A stretch of 64,000 nt of DNA from Acidimicrobiales bacterium (GTDB taxonomy: Bacteria > Actinomycetota > Acidimicrobiia > Acidimicrobiales > CATQHL01): contig OZ242194.1 of NCBI GenBank assembly GCA_965206165.1, forward strand, positions 1,775,451 to 1,839,450, written 5' to 3'. Below the pieces are notes generated by a model, which was not told the origin of the DNA, did no database searches, and was given only the letters and a program-made list of their open reading frames with translations. Position numbers and translations under genes: made by a program. Below, piece by piece: positions 9,407-19,367 of the stretch (the stretch's first letter is position 1; each line of letters opens with the position of its first letter).

Positions 9407-10732
9407 ATGGCGGACGTGGTTCTTCCCCAACTGGGCGAGACGGTGACCGAGGGCACAATCATCCGCTGGATGAAGCGGGTCGGCGATGAGGTCCGCCGTG
9501 ACGAGCCGCTCTTCGAGATCTCCACCGACAAGGTCGACTCCGAGGTGCCGTCACCCGCAGCCGGCGTCCTGACCGAGGTGGTGGTGCCGGAGGGCGCGAC
9601 GGTGGAGGTGGGCACGCTGCTGGCGGTCATCTCCGACAGCGCGGCGGCCCCTGCGGCGGCCGCTCCTGAACCCGCGCCCGCCGCGGTGCCTACCCCGCCG
9701 CCTGCTGCCGCGCCACCGCCCGCGCCTGCTGCCGCGCCGCCGCCCGCACCCGAACCCGCGACGCCCGATATGACGCCGGAGCATGCCGAGGAGCGGTCTC
9801 AGCCGCGACTGCTGTCGCCCGTCGTCCGCAGGCTCGTCAATGAGCACGGCCTCGACGTCTCGACCATCGAAGGCAGCGGCGTGGGCGGCCGCATCACCCG
9901 GGCGGACGTGGAGCGCATCATCCGCGAGCGTCAGAGCGCCCCTGCCCAGACGCCGGGCTCGCCCTCAGCAGCGGCGCGTCCTGCCGCTCCCGCCCCCGAG
10001 CGCGCTCCCGACGCCGGAGGACCGCTCATCGTGCCGCTCAGCAGCATTCGCAAGACCATCGGTCGGCACATGGTCGCCTCCAAGGCCACGTCACCGCACG
10101 TGCTGACCGCCGTGGAGGTGGACTTCGAGGGCGTCGAGCGGGTGCGCAGGACGGCGCGGGCCGGCTGGCGCGCTCAGGAGGGCTTCAGCCTCACCTACCT
10201 GCCGTTCATCGCTCGCGCCACCTGCGATGCCATTGCCGATTTCCCGCAGATCAACGCCAGCATCGACGGCACCAACCTCGTCGTGCACCGCAGCGTGCAC
10301 CTCGCCGTGGCCGTCGACCTGGACTTCCAGGGGCTGCTGGCGCCGGTCGTCCGCGACGCCGAGACGAAACGACTGCGGGCCATCGCCCGCGAGGTGGTCG
10401 ACTTGGCGGCCCGCGCCCGCCGCAAGGAGCTCTCGGCCGCCGAGGTCACCGGGGGCACCTTCACCATCACCAACCCCGGCCAGTACGGCACGCTGATGCA
10501 GTTCCCGATCATCAACCAGCCGCAGGTGGCCATCCTCTCGACCGACGGCATCCGCCGGCGCCCGGTCGTCGTGACCGACGAGCTGGGCGACGAAGCCATT
10601 GCCATCCACTCGGTCGGGGTGCTGGCGCTGGCGTGGGATCACCGGGCTTTCGACGGGGCCTACGTGGCGGCGTTCATGGATCGTCTGCGGGACATCATCC
10701 AAACGCGGGACTGGGAAGCCGAGATCGTCTAG
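9407..10732 (+). CDS. sucB: 2-oxoacid dehydrogenase E2 dihydrolipoamide acyltransferase (DlaT/SucB type)
   Basis: The ATG at 9407 is in frame. Lipoyl domain (EISTDKVDSEVPSP), Ala/Pro linker, E3-binding domain (SPVVRRLVNEHGLD) and catalytic motif DHRAFDG. Confidence 0.9.
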   Translation: MADVVLPQLGETVTEGTIIRWMKRVGDEVRRDEPLFEISTDKVDSEVPSPAAGVLTEVVVPEGATVEVGTLLAVISDSAAAPAAAAPEPAPAAVPTPPPAAAPPPAPAAAPPPAPEPATPDMTPEHAEERSQPRLLSPVVRRLVNEHGLDVSTIEGSGVGGRITRADVERIIRERQSAPAQTPGSPSAAARPAAPAPERAPDAGGPLIVPLSSIRKTIGRHMVASKATSPHVLTAVEVDFEGVERVRRTARAGWRAQEGFSLTYLPFIARATCDAIADFPQINASIDGTNLVVHRSVHLAVAVDLDFQGLLAPVVRDAETKRLRAIAREVVDLAARARRKELSAAEVTGGTFTITNPGQYGTLMQFPIINQPQVAILSTDGIRRRPVVVTDELGDEAIAIHSVGVLALAWDHRAFDGAYVAAFMDRLRDIIQTRDWEAEIV

Positions 10733-12429
10733 TGGCACCCGCATCGGTGGCCGTTCACGCGGCGCCGGCAGGGCGCTCCGCCGCCGAAGCCGCCGGGTGC
10801 GAAGTGGTGGCGCCCGCGCACCTGGCAGTCCGCTGGCTCGGGCGGGTCGGCTACGACGAGGCCTGGGCCCTCCAGCGCGGCCTGCACGCCCACAGCGCCC
10901 GCAATCACCTCCTGTTGCTGGAGCACCCGCACGTCATCACGATGGGTCCCCGAGCCGAGCAGGCGCACGTGCTGGTGGATCCCGCCGCAGCGGGAGCCGA
11001 AATGTGCCGCACCGACCGGGGGGGCGACGTCACCTACCACGGCCCCGGCCAGCTCGTGGGCTACCCGATCCTCACACTGGGTGGTCCTCGTGCCGGTGGG
11101 CTCGGGGCGGCCGCGGCGTACGTGGAGAGCCTCGAGGACCTGCTCATCGAGGTCCTCGCCGACCTGGGGCTGCGCGGCGCGGGAAGACTCGAGCGCCACC
11201 GCGGGGTCTGGCTCGACGCCACCGGCGTGCGGCCGCGCAAGATCGCCGCCATCGGGGTGCGTGTGCGGCGGGGACGCACCCTGCACGGGTTCGCGCTCAA
11301 CGTGGACCCGGATCTGAGCTGGTTCGGCCGGATCGTGCCGTGCGGGATCCGCGAGCATCCGGTCACGTCGCTGATTGCCGAGGGCGTGGTGGTCACGATG
11401 CCCGAGGTCGTCGACGCCGTCGCGACGCGAGCGACACAGCGATGGGGGACAGGCGGGTGGGATCGGGCTGACGTCGCCGCTCCCTCTGGTCGGCGCCGGC
11501 GGCCCGAGGTGGCAGACGTCGCAGCCGTCGCGAACGAGTCGCGGGCGTTGGAGATTTCCGTCGCGGCCGGGCGTAAGCCGTCCTGGATGCGCGTCGTGGC
11601 TCGTACCGGGCCGGAGTTCCGCCGGATCAAGTCGCACATGCGCGACCTCGACCTGGTGACCGTGTGCGAGGAGGCCGGTTGCCCGAACATCTACGAGTGC
11701 TGGGAGCAGGGCACGGCCACGTTCATGCTCGGCGGCGAGCGCTGCACGCGTGCCTGCGGGTTCTGCCTCATCGACACCCGGCGGCCCGAGCCCCTCGACC
11801 CTGACGAGCCCGAGCGGGTTGCCACCGCCGTCGCCCGCATGGAACTCGACCACGCAGTCGTGACCGCCGTGGCACGGGATGACGTCTCCGACGGTGGCGC
11901 CGCGCACTTCGCGGCCTGCATCCGGGCGATCCGGCGGCTTCGCCCGGCGGTCACCGTCGAGGTGCTCATCCCCGACTGCAAGGGCGATGCCACCGCGCTC
12001 GCCACGATCTTCGACGAGCGTCCCGACGTGCTGAACCACAACATCGAGACCGTGGCGCGGTTGCAGCGGACAGTGCGCCCCTCCGCCGGCTACGCCCGGA
12101 GCCTGGCGGTGCTGGCAAGGGCGAAGGATGCCGGACTCACGACCAAGTCCTCCATCATGGTGGGACTCGGCGAGACCGCCGCCGAGGTGACCGAGGCGCT
12201 GGCCGACCTCGCCGGGGTCGGCTGCGACATCGTCACCATCGGCCAGTACCTGCGCCCCAGCAGTTCCCACCTGCCGGTGATGCGCTGGTGGCGGCCGGAG
12301 GAGTTCGAGACGCTCGCGGAGATCGGGCGGGAACTGGGCATCGGCCACGTCGAGTCCAGCCCGCTGACGCGCTCGAGCTACCACGCCGCGGGAGCGGCCC
12401 GCTCGGTCGGGGCACCGCGCCCAAGGTGA
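10732..12429 (+). CDS. lipB-lipA: Fused octanoyltransferase LipB / lipoyl synthase LipA (single uninterrupted frame)
   Basis: The N-terminal half has LipB motifs (LLLLEHPHVITMG, DRGGDVTYHGPGQLVGYPIL, RKIAAIGVRV). The C-terminal half has LipA radical-SAM motifs (CEEAGCPNIYECW, CTRACGFCLIDT). No stop codon lies between the halves in ORF 10633..12429. The start may be GTG 10732 (overlapping the E2 TAG) or GTG 10804. Confidence 0.85.
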   Translation: MAPASVAVHAAPAGRSAAEAAGCEVVAPAHLAVRWLGRVGYDEAWALQRGLHAHSARNHLLLLEHPHVITMGPRAEQAHVLVDPAAAGAEMCRTDRGGDVTYHGPGQLVGYPILTLGGPRAGGLGAAAAYVESLEDLLIEVLADLGLRGAGRLERHRGVWLDATGVRPRKIAAIGVRVRRGRTLHGFALNVDPDLSWFGRIVPCGIREHPVTSLIAEGVVVTMPEVVDAVATRATQRWGTGGWDRADVAAPSGRRRRPEVADVAAVANESRALEISVAAGRKPSWMRVVARTGPEFRRIKSHMRDLDLVTVCEEAGCPNIYECWEQGTATFMLGGERCTRACGFCLIDTRRPEPLDPDEPERVATAVARMELDHAVVTAVARDDVSDGGAAHFAACIRAIRRLRPAVTVEVLIPDCKGDATALATIFDERPDVLNHNIETVARLQRTVRPSAGYARSLAVLARAKDAGLTTKSSIMVGLGETAAEVTEALADLAGVGCDIVTIGQYLRPSSSHLPVMRWWRPEEFETLAEIGRELGIGHVESSPLTRSSYHAAGAARSVGAPRPR

Positions 12430-13277
12430 GCGAGGTCCACGCCGCAACCGTCCTGCTGCAATGGGCTGCGGGCGGTCTCGTCTTCGGGTGGGTGACCACG
12501 CGGCGACGTGAGGTGGGGCCCGGCTACGGGTGGCTACTGCGATCGCTCTACGCCGCCTTGGCGGCTCTCGCCGGCATCATCGGCGCCACCGCCGGGTTCC
12601 GCGCGGCGCGCGACGTGGCCGCTCTGGCGGCTGCTGCTGTGGCCTTCGGGGTGCTCACCGTGTCCTTCCGGCGCCGTGGTGCGCCAGACACAGCGCAAAC
12701 CGCCGACGCGCTGCGCCGCCGCAGGAGGGTGGCGGCGATGCTCGGCCGCCCGCCCGCCGAGCCCGAGTCGCCGGAGGGCCCGAGATTCTCTCCGGCACTG
12801 GATCTGGCCGCCCCGCTCGTGGCGCTGGTGGGCGTCGTCGCCGGCGGTGTCGTCGCGGGCGGACCAGTGGCGCTCTCGGTGGCCCGCGTGCTCGTCGGAG
12901 CGCTCTTCTTCGGGGCTGTCTCCGACGCCATGCTCCTGGGCCACTGGTACCTCGTACAGCCCGGCCTGCGTCGCGCACCGCTGGTGCAGCTCGTGCGCTG
13001 GAGCATGGCTCTCTGGGTTGCCGAGACAGTGGTGCTGCTGTGGCCCACGGGGGTCGTCTCGATCATGACAGGCACAGTCGACGATGGCTTCGGTGGTCTC
13101 CTTGGCTGGTACTGGGTGATGTGCGCGGCGGGTAGTGCGGTGCTGCTGGGCGCCACCGAAGCGGCGCTGAAGATCCGCCGTTACGCCGCGGTGATGGCCG
13201 GGACCGGCCTGCTGTACCTGGCGATCATGACCGCCTTCGGGATGGACCTCATCGCACGGGTGTCGCTGCGCCCGTAA
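12426..13277 (+). CDS. Hypothetical polytopic membrane protein
   Basis: GTG at 12426 overlaps the lipA stop (GTGA). Several hydrophobic helices are visible and third codon positions are GC-rich. The position after lipA mirrors the conserved membrane protein found in mycobacterial synteny. Confidence 0.6.
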   Translation: MSEVHAATVLLQWAAGGLVFGWVTTRRREVGPGYGWLLRSLYAALAALAGIIGATAGFRAARDVAALAAAAVAFGVLTVSFRRRGAPDTAQTADALRRRRRVAAMLGRPPAEPESPEGPRFSPALDLAAPLVALVGVVAGGVVAGGPVALSVARVLVGALFFGAVSDAMLLGHWYLVQPGLRRAPLVQLVRWSMALWVAETVVLLWPTGVVSIMTGTVDDGFGGLLGWYWVMCAAGSAVLLGATEAALKIRRYAAVMAGTGLLYLAIMTAFGMDLIARVSLRP

Positions 13278-14139
13278 GGCGAACCGCGTTCCGGGCGAGG
13301 TGGCTCAGCGACTCCACGCGTGCATCGGGAGGAGCCGACTCGCGGCGCATCATGAAGAGCGGGCGGTGCGCCACGGCCTCGCCGGTCACGTCGACGAGGT
13401 CAGGGTCGTCGCCGCCGACGGCCTGCGGCAGGACGGTCCAGGCCAGCCCCACCGAAGCCACCTGGCGCAGCACGTCGGGGTTCTGTGAGGTGAGTGTCAC
13501 GACCGGCTCGATCCCGCGGTCGGCCAGCCCCGCTTCGATCAGCGCCCGTGTGCGTGATCCCTCGGGCGGCAACGCCCATTCGACCTCCGCGGGATCGCGA
13601 GCTGCGAAGTCGCCGTCGCGGCGGGCGTAGATGCGCAGTTCCTCGGTGCCGAGCTGCTCGCCGATCATCCCGGGCATCGGTGGGCCGACGGCGAAGACCA
13701 GGTCCAGCTCGTAGCGCATGAGACGATCGCAGAGAGCAGAGGTGGAGTCCACCACGAGCCGCATCTCCACGGTGGGGTGCGTCTCGCGGAAGATCATGAG
13801 GGCGTCGGGCAGCAGATACAGCGTGCCCGCGTCGGTGAGGCCGATCCGGAGTTCCCCGACCGCGCCGTGATGGTGCGCCTGGATCCAGGTCTCCAAGTCC
13901 CCGGCGCGTCCGAGGATCTCCGCGGCGAAGTCGGCCACCATCCGCCCGCCCTCCGTGAGACGCCGCCGCCGACCGTCCTGCTCGAACAGGACGATGCCGA
14001 GCCGCTGTTCGAGCTGCGAGAGGCTCTGGGACAGGGCAGGCTGGCTGATCCCGAACTCCTCGGCAGCCTCGGTGAACGAGGACAACTCGGCCACTTTCTG
14101 CAGGTAGGCGAGGGAGCGGGTGCTGACGTTCACGGGCAT
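13249..14139 (-). CDS. LysR family transcriptional regulator
   Basis: The N-terminal wHTH (LAYLQKVAELSSFTEAAEEFGISQPALSQSLSQLEQRLG) is followed by a LysR substrate-binding region. The ATG at 14139 was chosen over the upstream extension. Confidence 0.85.
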   Translation of the reverse strand: MPVNVSTRSLAYLQKVAELSSFTEAAEEFGISQPALSQSLSQLEQRLGIVLFEQDGRRRRLTEGGRMVADFAAEILGRAGDLETWIQAHHHGAVGELRIGLTDAGTLYLLPDALMIFRETHPTVEMRLVVDSTSALCDRLMRYELDLVFAVGPPMPGMIGEQLGTEELRIYARRDGDFAARDPAEVEWALPPEGSRTRALIEAGLADRGIEPVVTLTSQNPDVLRQVASVGLAWTVLPQAVGGDDPDLVDVTGEAVAHRPLFMMRRESAPPDARVESLSHLARNAVRLTGAATPVR

Positions 14140-14215
14140 CTGGGAGTTTCCGGGACGGTCATGGCGGCGATCGCTGGGGTGTCGCCGCTGGCGGTGCGCG
14201 ACCATGACCACGATC

Positions 14216-14235
14216 CTATAGGTGTTTACCTATAG
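14216..14235. promoter_or_regulatory. Perfect palindrome CTATAGGT-GTTT-ACCTATAG in the lysR/ino1 divergent intergenic region (candidate LysR operator)
   Basis: Two 8-bp inverted arms with a 4-bp spacer were read directly. The site lies in an AT-richer stretch between the LysR start (14139) and the ino1 start (14389). Confidence 0.3.
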
Positions 14236-14388
14236 ATGCAGTTGCAAGGTTCCAAGAATCTAATATATTGGTGTCCCGACATGAGGACTCGGTAACTCGA
14301 GCCCGCTTTGGCGGAGTTCGTCGAGCCGCATCCACAACCGAACCGCAAGCCTGACCGTCACAGCGGCGTCCGGCACCTGGAGGAAGAC

Positions 14389-15459
14389 ATGGGAACGATC
14401 AACGTGGGAATAGCCGGCGTCGGCAACTGTGCGTCATCGCTGGTGCAGGGTGTCGAGTACTACCGGAACACCAGAGCCACAGACGACATCCCCGGCCTGA
14501 TGCATCCGGTGCTCGGTGGCTATGGCATCGGGGACGTGCGCTTCACGGCCGCCTTCGACGTTGATCAGGACAAGGTCGGCGAGGATCTCGCCAAGGCCAT
14601 CGGGAAGGGCCAGAACAACACCGTTGCGTTCTGCGCGGTGCCGACGGCGGGCGTGGAGGTGCAACGGGGACCCACGCTCGACGGCATAGGGCGCTACCTC
14701 TCCGACGTGATCGTCGAGTCGCCGCAGGCACCGGTGGACGTGGCCCGCGTGCTGCGAGAAACAGACACCCAAGTGCTCGTTTCTTACCTACCCGTGGGCT
14801 CCGAGCAGGCGGCGCGCTGGTACGCCGAGCAGGCGCTCGAGGCCGGCTGCGCACTGGTCAACTGCATGCCCGTCTTCATCGCCGGTAATGATTCCTGGGC
14901 CGAGCGCTTCCGGCGCCGGGGCGTACCGATCGTGGGCGACGACATCAAGTCCCAGGTCGGGGCGACGATCGTGCACCGCAATCTCGTGCGGCTCTTCCAG
15001 GACCGCGGCGTCCGGGTTGATCGCACGTACCAACTCAACTTCGGCGGCAACACCGATTTCCTGAACATGCTGGAGCGGGACCGGCTGGAGTCCAAGAAGG
15101 TCTCCAAGACCCAGGCGGTCACCAGTCAACTCGAGTCCGAACTGGCCGGTTCGGACGTGCACGTCGGCCCCTCCGACCACGTGCCCTGGCTGGAGGACCG
15201 CAAGTGGTGCCACATCCGCATCGAGGGGACGACGTTCGGCGATGTCCCGCTGAACGTGGAGCTGAAGCTGGAGGTGTGGGACAGCCCCAACTCCGCCGGC
15301 GTGGTCATCGATGCCATCCGCTGCGCCCGCCTGGGCCTCGACCGGGGCATCGGCGGCCCGCTCTACGAGACCTCCGCCTACTTCATGAAGTCGCCGCCGC
15401 GCCAGATGCGCGACGAGGACGCCCGCAAGGCTCTCGAGGAGTTCATCGCCGGTTCCTGA
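14389..15459 (+). CDS. ino1: Inositol-3-phosphate synthase
   Basis: The ATG at 14389 is preceded by GGAGGAAG. N-terminus [25 protein letters not shown], and the length (about 356 aa) is typical of actinobacterial Ino1. Confidence 0.93.
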   Translation: MGTINVGIAGVGNCASSLVQGVEYYRNTRATDDIPGLMHPVLGGYGIGDVRFTAAFDVDQDKVGEDLAKAIGKGQNNTVAFCAVPTAGVEVQRGPTLDGIGRYLSDVIVESPQAPVDVARVLRETDTQVLVSYLPVGSEQAARWYAEQALEAGCALVNCMPVFIAGNDSWAERFRRRGVPIVGDDIKSQVGATIVHRNLVRLFQDRGVRVDRTYQLNFGGNTDFLNMLERDRLESKKVSKTQAVTSQLESELAGSDVHVGPSDHVPWLEDRKWCHIRIEGTTFGDVPLNVELKLEVWDSPNSAGVVIDAIRCARLGLDRGIGGPLYETSAYFMKSPPRQMRDEDARKALEEFIAGS

Positions 15460-15468
15460 CCGCGGCCC

Positions 15469-15545
15469 GGGCGAGGGGCGGGGTGCCGCTCTGCTCCTCC
15501 ACGCAGGCGAAGAGTCGTCGCAGCCCGGCCCCCCGCCCCTCGCCC
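15469..15545 (+). terminator. Long GC-rich inverted repeat downstream of ino1 (possible terminator or structured element)
   Basis: The 15-bp arm GGCGAGGGGCGGGG-type (15469-15483) is complementary to CCCCGCCCCTCGCC-type (15531-15545), with a loop of about 47 nt. No clear U-tract follows. Confidence 0.35.
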
Positions 15546-15618
15546 TCGGTTGTACGCGCGCGCCGCTAGCGTGACTTGGCGCCCGCGCCCCTGATCACGC
15601 CGATAGAGGAGTAGCACC

Positions 15619-17103
15619 GTGGCCATTTCCGTGACCCTCGCCCCAACCGTTCCCGCCGGTGCCGATGTGACCGCGCTTGCCGTCTGCTCCGAGGGGCTCG
15701 ACGCCGAGCCCGGTGGCCTGGACTGGGGGCTGCTGCGTGGCCTCGGCTTCGAGGGCAAGGCGGGCCAGGTGCAGTTGGTGTCGGGACCCGACGGACGGCC
15801 CGTGGCCGTCGTCGGGATGGGCCCCGCCGCCGGCGTCACCCCGGCGGTCATCCGCCGCTCCTCGGCGGCGCTGGCACGGGTGGTGCACCGGCATCGCTGG
15901 CTTGCCTCGTCGCTTCTCGATGTCGTTGCCGACGACGGTGACCTCGCCGCCGCGACGCAGGCACACGCCGAGGGAATCCTCCTGGGTGCCTACGGCTACG
16001 ACGCCTACAAGAGCGACCCCGAGCCCAACTCCCTACGGAAGCTGTCGGTCGTCGGTACCGGGCGGGAGGTGCGTGATGCGCTGAAGCTCGGCGCAGCCGT
16101 GGCCGAGGCCGTCTGCTTCGCGCGGGATCTGGTCAACGAGCCGGGTGGGTCGCTGACCCCCGAGAAGCTCGCCGCGGCGGCCCGGGCGCTGGCGTCGGGC
16201 GACGACGGAACCGACGGCGCCGCCTTGGACATCCAGGTCTGGGAGCGGGACGAGATCGTCGAGGCCGGCCTGGGCGGGCTACTGGGGGTCAACCGCGGCT
16301 CGACGCAGCCTCCCCGGTTCGTCGAGATCACCTGGCGGCCGGCCACAGCCACCGGCGGCTTCCTGGCCCTCGTGGGCAAGGGAATCACGTTCGACTCCGG
16401 AGGGCTGTCCATCAAGCCCGCCACGGGCATGGAGACCATGAAGATCGACATGAGCGGCGCCGCCGCGGTCCTGGGGGCGATGCGGGTGGTCAAGGTGTTG
16501 GAGCCGCCAATCCGGGTGACCGGCTACATCCCCATCACGGACAACATGCTGGGTGGCGACGCCACGCGGCCCGGTGACATCCTCACCATCCGTAACGGCA
16601 AGACGGTGGAGGTGCTCAACACCGACGCTGAGGGGCGGCTGATTCTCGCCGACGCCCTGTCGCTGGCCAGCGAGGCCCGGCCGGACGCCATCGTGGACCT
16701 CGCCACCCTGACCGGGGCGTGCGTGGTGGCCCTCGGCACCAAGGTGGCCGGCCTCCTGGGCAACGACGACGGCTGGCTGGACAGCGTGCAGGCCGCGGCC
16801 GATCGGTCCGGCGAGCGAGTCTGGCGTCTGCCGATGCCCGAGGACTACCGCAAGGAACTCGACTCCCCGGTCGCAGACCTGAAGAACATCGGCAACCGTT
16901 GGGGCGGCACGCTCACTGCCGCTCTGTTCCTGCGGGAGTTCGTGGCCGACGGCATCCCCTGGGCGCATCTGGACATTGCCGGGCCGGCCTGGACCGACAG
17001 CGTTGACGGCGAGGCCGCCAAGGGCGGCACAGGCTTCGGCGTCCGCCTGCTCGTCGACCTCATCGGCAACTTCGCCCCACCCGGCGACAGCGCCGGCGAC
17101 TGA
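15619..17103 (+). CDS. pepA: Leucyl aminopeptidase (M17)
   Basis: 494-aa ORF with M17 motifs VGKGITFDSGG and NTDAEGRLILADAL. Confidence 0.92.
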   Translation: MAISVTLAPTVPAGADVTALAVCSEGLDAEPGGLDWGLLRGLGFEGKAGQVQLVSGPDGRPVAVVGMGPAAGVTPAVIRRSSAALARVVHRHRWLASSLLDVVADDGDLAAATQAHAEGILLGAYGYDAYKSDPEPNSLRKLSVVGTGREVRDALKLGAAVAEAVCFARDLVNEPGGSLTPEKLAAAARALASGDDGTDGAALDIQVWERDEIVEAGLGGLLGVNRGSTQPPRFVEITWRPATATGGFLALVGKGITFDSGGLSIKPATGMETMKIDMSGAAAVLGAMRVVKVLEPPIRVTGYIPITDNMLGGDATRPGDILTIRNGKTVEVLNTDAEGRLILADALSLASEARPDAIVDLATLTGACVVALGTKVAGLLGNDDGWLDSVQAAADRSGERVWRLPMPEDYRKELDSPVADLKNIGNRWGGTLTAALFLREFVADGIPWAHLDIAGPAWTDSVDGEAAKGGTGFGVRLLVDLIGNFAPPGDSAGD

Positions 17104-17107
17104 CTCT

Positions 17108-17887
17108 TCAGCCGCCGCTCAGAGCGTCGTCGCTCGCGACACCGTTGCCGCTCGAGTTCGCCACATCGCTGATTGCTGCCCGTGCCCGCGTGTGCTGTTC
17201 GGTCGCCCAGCGGGCGGCCTCGAAGGCCACGGCGGGATGGAACTGCCAGGAGTGCAACTGGCGTTCCGCAGCGTCGGGCTCGTCGCCGCACGCCAGCAGG
17301 GCCATGGCCAGATGCCGGGCGCGAGCCAGCATGTCGGCGTCCTCCTGATCGGTGCCCTGACGCCGGTGCCAGTGGTCGTGCGTGGTGCGCAGGTGAGGTG
17401 GGAGGCGCTCGGCCATGCGGGAGGTCAGGTCGGGCAGGCGGGTGCGCACGAAAAGGGCGTTGTGGCGACCGCGCTGCATGAGCCCGAACCGGCAGCAGCG
17501 ATCGAACGCCCGGTCGAACGCCGACTGGAGGGCCTGCCGGCTGCCGAGGCCGATCTCGCCGGCAATCTCCGCCGTGTTCACTGCATACCCCTCGGGTTCC
17601 TCCTCCAGCCGCATGGCCAGGCGGCGGATCAGCCAGGTGGCCGACGGCCCCAGCACGCCCAGCCAGAAGAGTTCCACGTAGGGCGAGCGCGGGTGGTGCC
17701 CGCGGTGGGCATCGGTGCAGAGGTCCACCCACGGCTCCACCCACAAATCTGGAGAGCCGGTCGATCCGTTGGCCGCGTGGCGACGGGAGTGGGCGTTCCC
17801 GTCGCGGGCGCGGTCCGAGCCTATGGGAGGCGCTGGTGGGGCAGCGGTGGCTGCGGCGGGCTTGTCGATGATCAATGGGGTCTGCAT
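17108..17887 (-). CDS. Conserved hypothetical protein (possible DNA-binding protein)
   Basis: The ATG at 17887 is preceded by AGGAG. It shows high-GC3 coding character and lies upstream of an AT-rich promoter-like tract (17957-18051). I could not assign a family. Confidence 0.6.
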   Translation of the reverse strand: MQTPLIIDKPAAATAAPPAPPIGSDRARDGNAHSRRHAANGSTGSPDLWVEPWVDLCTDAHRGHHPRSPYVELFWLGVLGPSATWLIRRLAMRLEEEPEGYAVNTAEIAGEIGLGSRQALQSAFDRAFDRCCRFGLMQRGRHNALFVRTRLPDLTSRMAERLPPHLRTTHDHWHRRQGTDQEDADMLARARHLAMALLACGDEPDAAERQLHSWQFHPAVAFEAARWATEQHTRARAAISDVANSSGNGVASDDALSGG

Positions 17888-18051
17888 GGCAATGGCTCCT
17901 GAGCGTGTTCTGCACGTGGGATGCCGCGGCATCAAGGGTGAGTCGTCACCGGACAATATGTGGTCTAACAGATATTCATATAACAGCGAGATACTATTGT
18001 CAATAGCATGAAGTTATGTGATGGTGCCTGGCCGGCTCCTGCCGGCGTTCG

Positions 18052-19227
18052 TCAACTCAGGGAGGCGTAACAGGCTCGCTCGACGCTGTCGAAGAGCGCG
18101 AATGTGCGCGGGTCGCCGAACGGGAATTGCTGGCTGATGTACGTGCCGGCCACCTGGTTCTGCATGTCGATCCAGTAGAACGAGTTGGCGAGGCCCGCCC
18201 ACATGAGGCCTCCTGCCGGCCTGCCGGTCGGCAGCGGCTCCTCGTTGATCTGGAAGGTCAACCCCCAGGTCTTCTCCACGCCCGGGTAGAACTCGGTGTC
18301 GCTGGAGAAGCCGGGTATCGCGGTCGGCAGCGGCACCACCCGCAGGTTGCCCATGTTGTTGACCACCATCCGGTCGACGGTCTCGGGGCGCAGTACCTGC
18401 ACGCCGGCTCGCGTGCCACGACCCAGGATCATCTGTAGGAACCGGCTGTAGTCCTCCACCGTGCCGTACAGACCTGCGCCACCGAGTTCCACCTCGGGAT
18501 CCTGGAGCATCTCGAAGTCGATGACGCCAAGGGATCCGTCATCGCCCCGGATGTGGACCGCCGCCATGCGGGCTCGCATCTCGTCGCTGATGGCGAACGA
18601 TGTGGAACTCATACCGAGCGGGTCGAGCACGTGCCGGCGCAGGTAGTCGCCAAGACGTAAGCCGGAGACTTCCTCCACGATGAGCCCCACGTGGTCGATG
18701 CCGGTGCCGTACATCCACTGCTCGCCCGGGTCGTAGAGCGCCGGCACCTGCAGTGCCGCCCGTTGGCAACTCATGATCGACGGGGTGCCGGTGGCCTCGT
18801 TGAAGCGCAGCAGATCCTCACTCCAGAGTTCGTACACGAACCCGGCCGTGTGCGTCAGCAGGTGGCGGAGTGTGATCGGAGAACGCGCCGGACGGGTGAG
18901 CGGCCGGCCCGCGTCGTCGAAGCCTTCCAGGACGCCCACCTCGCCAAGAGCGGCGAGAATCTCGGCGGCGGGAGCGTCGAGGTCGAGTTGGCCGCGCTCG
19001 ACGAGTTGCATGGCGGCGACGCCGGTTACCGCCTTGCTCATGGAGGCGATCCAGCAGATGGTGTCGGTGGTCATGGGCCCGGCCGCTGGGTCGTCGATGG
19101 CACGTGCCCCGGCCGCCGCGGCGGCGAGTACACCGCCGGCGGTCACGATCTGCGCGGTGGCGCCGGCCACGTCGCCGTGCCTCACGCCGCGCTCGAGGAT
19201 CGCTTGAACCTGTTCCTGGAGGATCAT
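18052..19227 (-). CDS. Serine hydrolase, beta-lactamase (class C / EstB-like) family
   Basis: S-x-x-K motif (ASMSKAVTG). The length and overall pattern match esterase/PBP4-like beta-lactamase-fold proteins. The ATG at 19227 has GGAG upstream. Confidence 0.85.
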   Translation of the reverse strand: MILQEQVQAILERGVRHGDVAGATAQIVTAGGVLAAAAAGARAIDDPAAGPMTTDTICWIASMSKAVTGVAAMQLVERGQLDLDAPAAEILAALGEVGVLEGFDDAGRPLTRPARSPITLRHLLTHTAGFVYELWSEDLLRFNEATGTPSIMSCQRAALQVPALYDPGEQWMYGTGIDHVGLIVEEVSGLRLGDYLRRHVLDPLGMSSTSFAISDEMRARMAAVHIRGDDGSLGVIDFEMLQDPEVELGGAGLYGTVEDYSRFLQMILGRGTRAGVQVLRPETVDRMVVNNMGNLRVVPLPTAIPGFSSDTEFYPGVEKTWGLTFQINEEPLPTGRPAGGLMWAGLANSFYWIDMQNQVAGTYISQQFPFGDPRTFALFDSVERACYASLS

Positions 19228-19367
19228 GGGCTGCTCCGTTCGCCGGTGGCGGCCGTCAGGCGTCTGCGCCCGGACCTGCACATTGTGCTCCACAGGCGGC
19301 CACGGTGGGGGTCGGTCCGGATCGCCTCGCGGCGTGTCCGGGTAGGGTCGCGGCCGGGAGGGCAGTT

